From Catajapyx aquilonaris (lineage: Eukaryota), in contig JYFJ02001343.1 of assembly GCA_000934665.2 (NCBI GenBank), positions 1-64,000 on the forward strand: a stretch of DNA of 64,000 nucleotides. Direction: 5' to 3'. Each line of letters begins with the position of its first letter. Positions within the stretch are counted from its first letter, which is position 1. Positions 62,795 through 64,000 of this stretch are shown here, piece by piece. Position numbers and translations under genes: made by a program. The notes under the pieces were generated by a model. That model was not told the origin of the DNA and did no database searches. It saw only the letters and a program-made list of their open reading frames with translations.

Positions 62795-64000
62795 TCAGTC
62801 AGGGACAATGGTGATAGCAAGTTTATGTTCCGGCCAGGAGAATGTCTTAGGTAGTGTGATCTGAAAAGGAAGGCACATCAGGTCTTAGTATGTTGTGCTG
62901 TCATAGCACCCTATTATTAGGTAACAAACCTGTTCTGCAGTGCTAAGCATAACCATGTCATCTAACATTCTGTCAGCTAGATCCTCTCCAATCAGAATTT
63001 GTACCCAGGATCCTTGCACTGCATACGGCCGTCCTGAGTCTACAAAAGCACCAGTGACACTTGGTGCAACCAGAGTCACTGCAATGCTTCCAGTCATGAA
63101 AGCCTTGAATGTGAAATGCCTGCCATGTTTAATCCTACCCCTGAAAACAAGACAGAGCAGAGTTATTTATGAGGTCATTACTGCATGGAAAGGTGAGGTG
63201 CTTGTATGGTCGTTACATCTGACTTGAATGACAAAATGGGACTTCTTCATACAATGTGCCTTGACTTTTACACACAGCTGCCTAATGGTGGGCCCTTAAA
63301 ACCCATTTGAAAGAGATACAAGTGAACAATTACCCAGAGTGTCATGCAAACTCACTCTTACCTGAGTGCAAGTGGTAGCAAAATTCCAGCCTCCAGATTC
63401 AAAGTGAAATGGATTCCATCCAATATTCGAGCTGCCAGCAATTCAGCAGATTCCAGCATCACATTTGAGGCACTGCTCTCAGATTTGGATGATGAGCTGT
63501 AGGGTAAAAAACTTGTTAGTTAATTACATACACTGCAATACATTCAGGTTTACAAGGTGCAAATGGTTGTAATATGCAACCAGTATTTGAAAGACCCTGA
63601 CACAAAAATGACTTAATAATGATTGCCAATTATAATAACATGAGAGAGGTATCATTTTAATTCATGAAACTATGCTGTCATAATCCAACCTATTCCTCAA
63701 CTCCTTCCAGTTCAGTGCTCTTCCCTTGACCGCACCACCATGGACCATCCCTCTCCTCTCCTTGGGTGCGTCTTCCTCTGTGCTGCATTCTTCCTCATAC
63801 TCATCGCTCTCCACCTCCAGTGCTGAAGACCGACCCCATTCAACCCAGGTGCAACGAGCACTCACGCCACTTAGGTTGGATCCTTCCTTCTCCACTGCCC
63901 CATCCACTTCTTCATGGACGGTAGGGTCTAGTTCATACATGCTTTCTCCACGTCGCATGTTTGTTACCAGCCAAGGACCCCCAGCACTGAAAGTCACATC
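62795..64000 (-). CDS. SUFU: Suppressor of fused, 3' exons (5' part lies beyond the window)
   Basis: GGPWLVTNMRRGESMYELDP...EGSNLSGVSARC; GIHFTLNLEAGILLPLALR|GRIKHGRHFTFK; last exon 62860-62795 ITLPKTFSWPEHKLAITIVPD*. Confidence 0.95.

Overview
This is intron-rich animal genomic DNA, most likely arthropod (painless-type TRPA genes, an insect-type ALMS1 motif and invertebrate SINEs). From left to right: (1) the 5' part of a Ty3/Gypsy LTR retrotransposon (LTR, tRNA-Leu-type PBS, gag, a -1 frameshift signal and an open protease/pol frame running off the window), apparently inside the last intron of a channel gene; (2) two tandem DEG/ENaC (pickpocket/ASIC-like) genes; (3) four tandem painless-like TRPA genes, with all six channel genes on the minus strand; (4) the mitochondrial helicase SUV3; (5) an unidentified minus-strand gene built partly from tandemly duplicated micro-exons and ending in a C-terminal hydrophobic anchor; (6) an ALMS-motif (ALMS1-like) gene with tandemly duplicated exon units and a 2.8-kb fold-back Academ-like transposon in an intron; (7) the 3' exons of Suppressor of fused. 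Introns and intergenic DNA hold many MITEs (piggyBac-, Tc1/pogo-, Mutator-, PIF- and hAT-type), two tRNA-derived SINEs and two perfect palindromes. The most notable items are the six-gene sensory-channel cluster with altered gating and pore motifs, the micro-exon array gene, the ALMS1 exon duplication and the fold-back transposon. All splice models were read by eye and need RNA-seq confirmation. Family names come from recalled motifs, not database searches.
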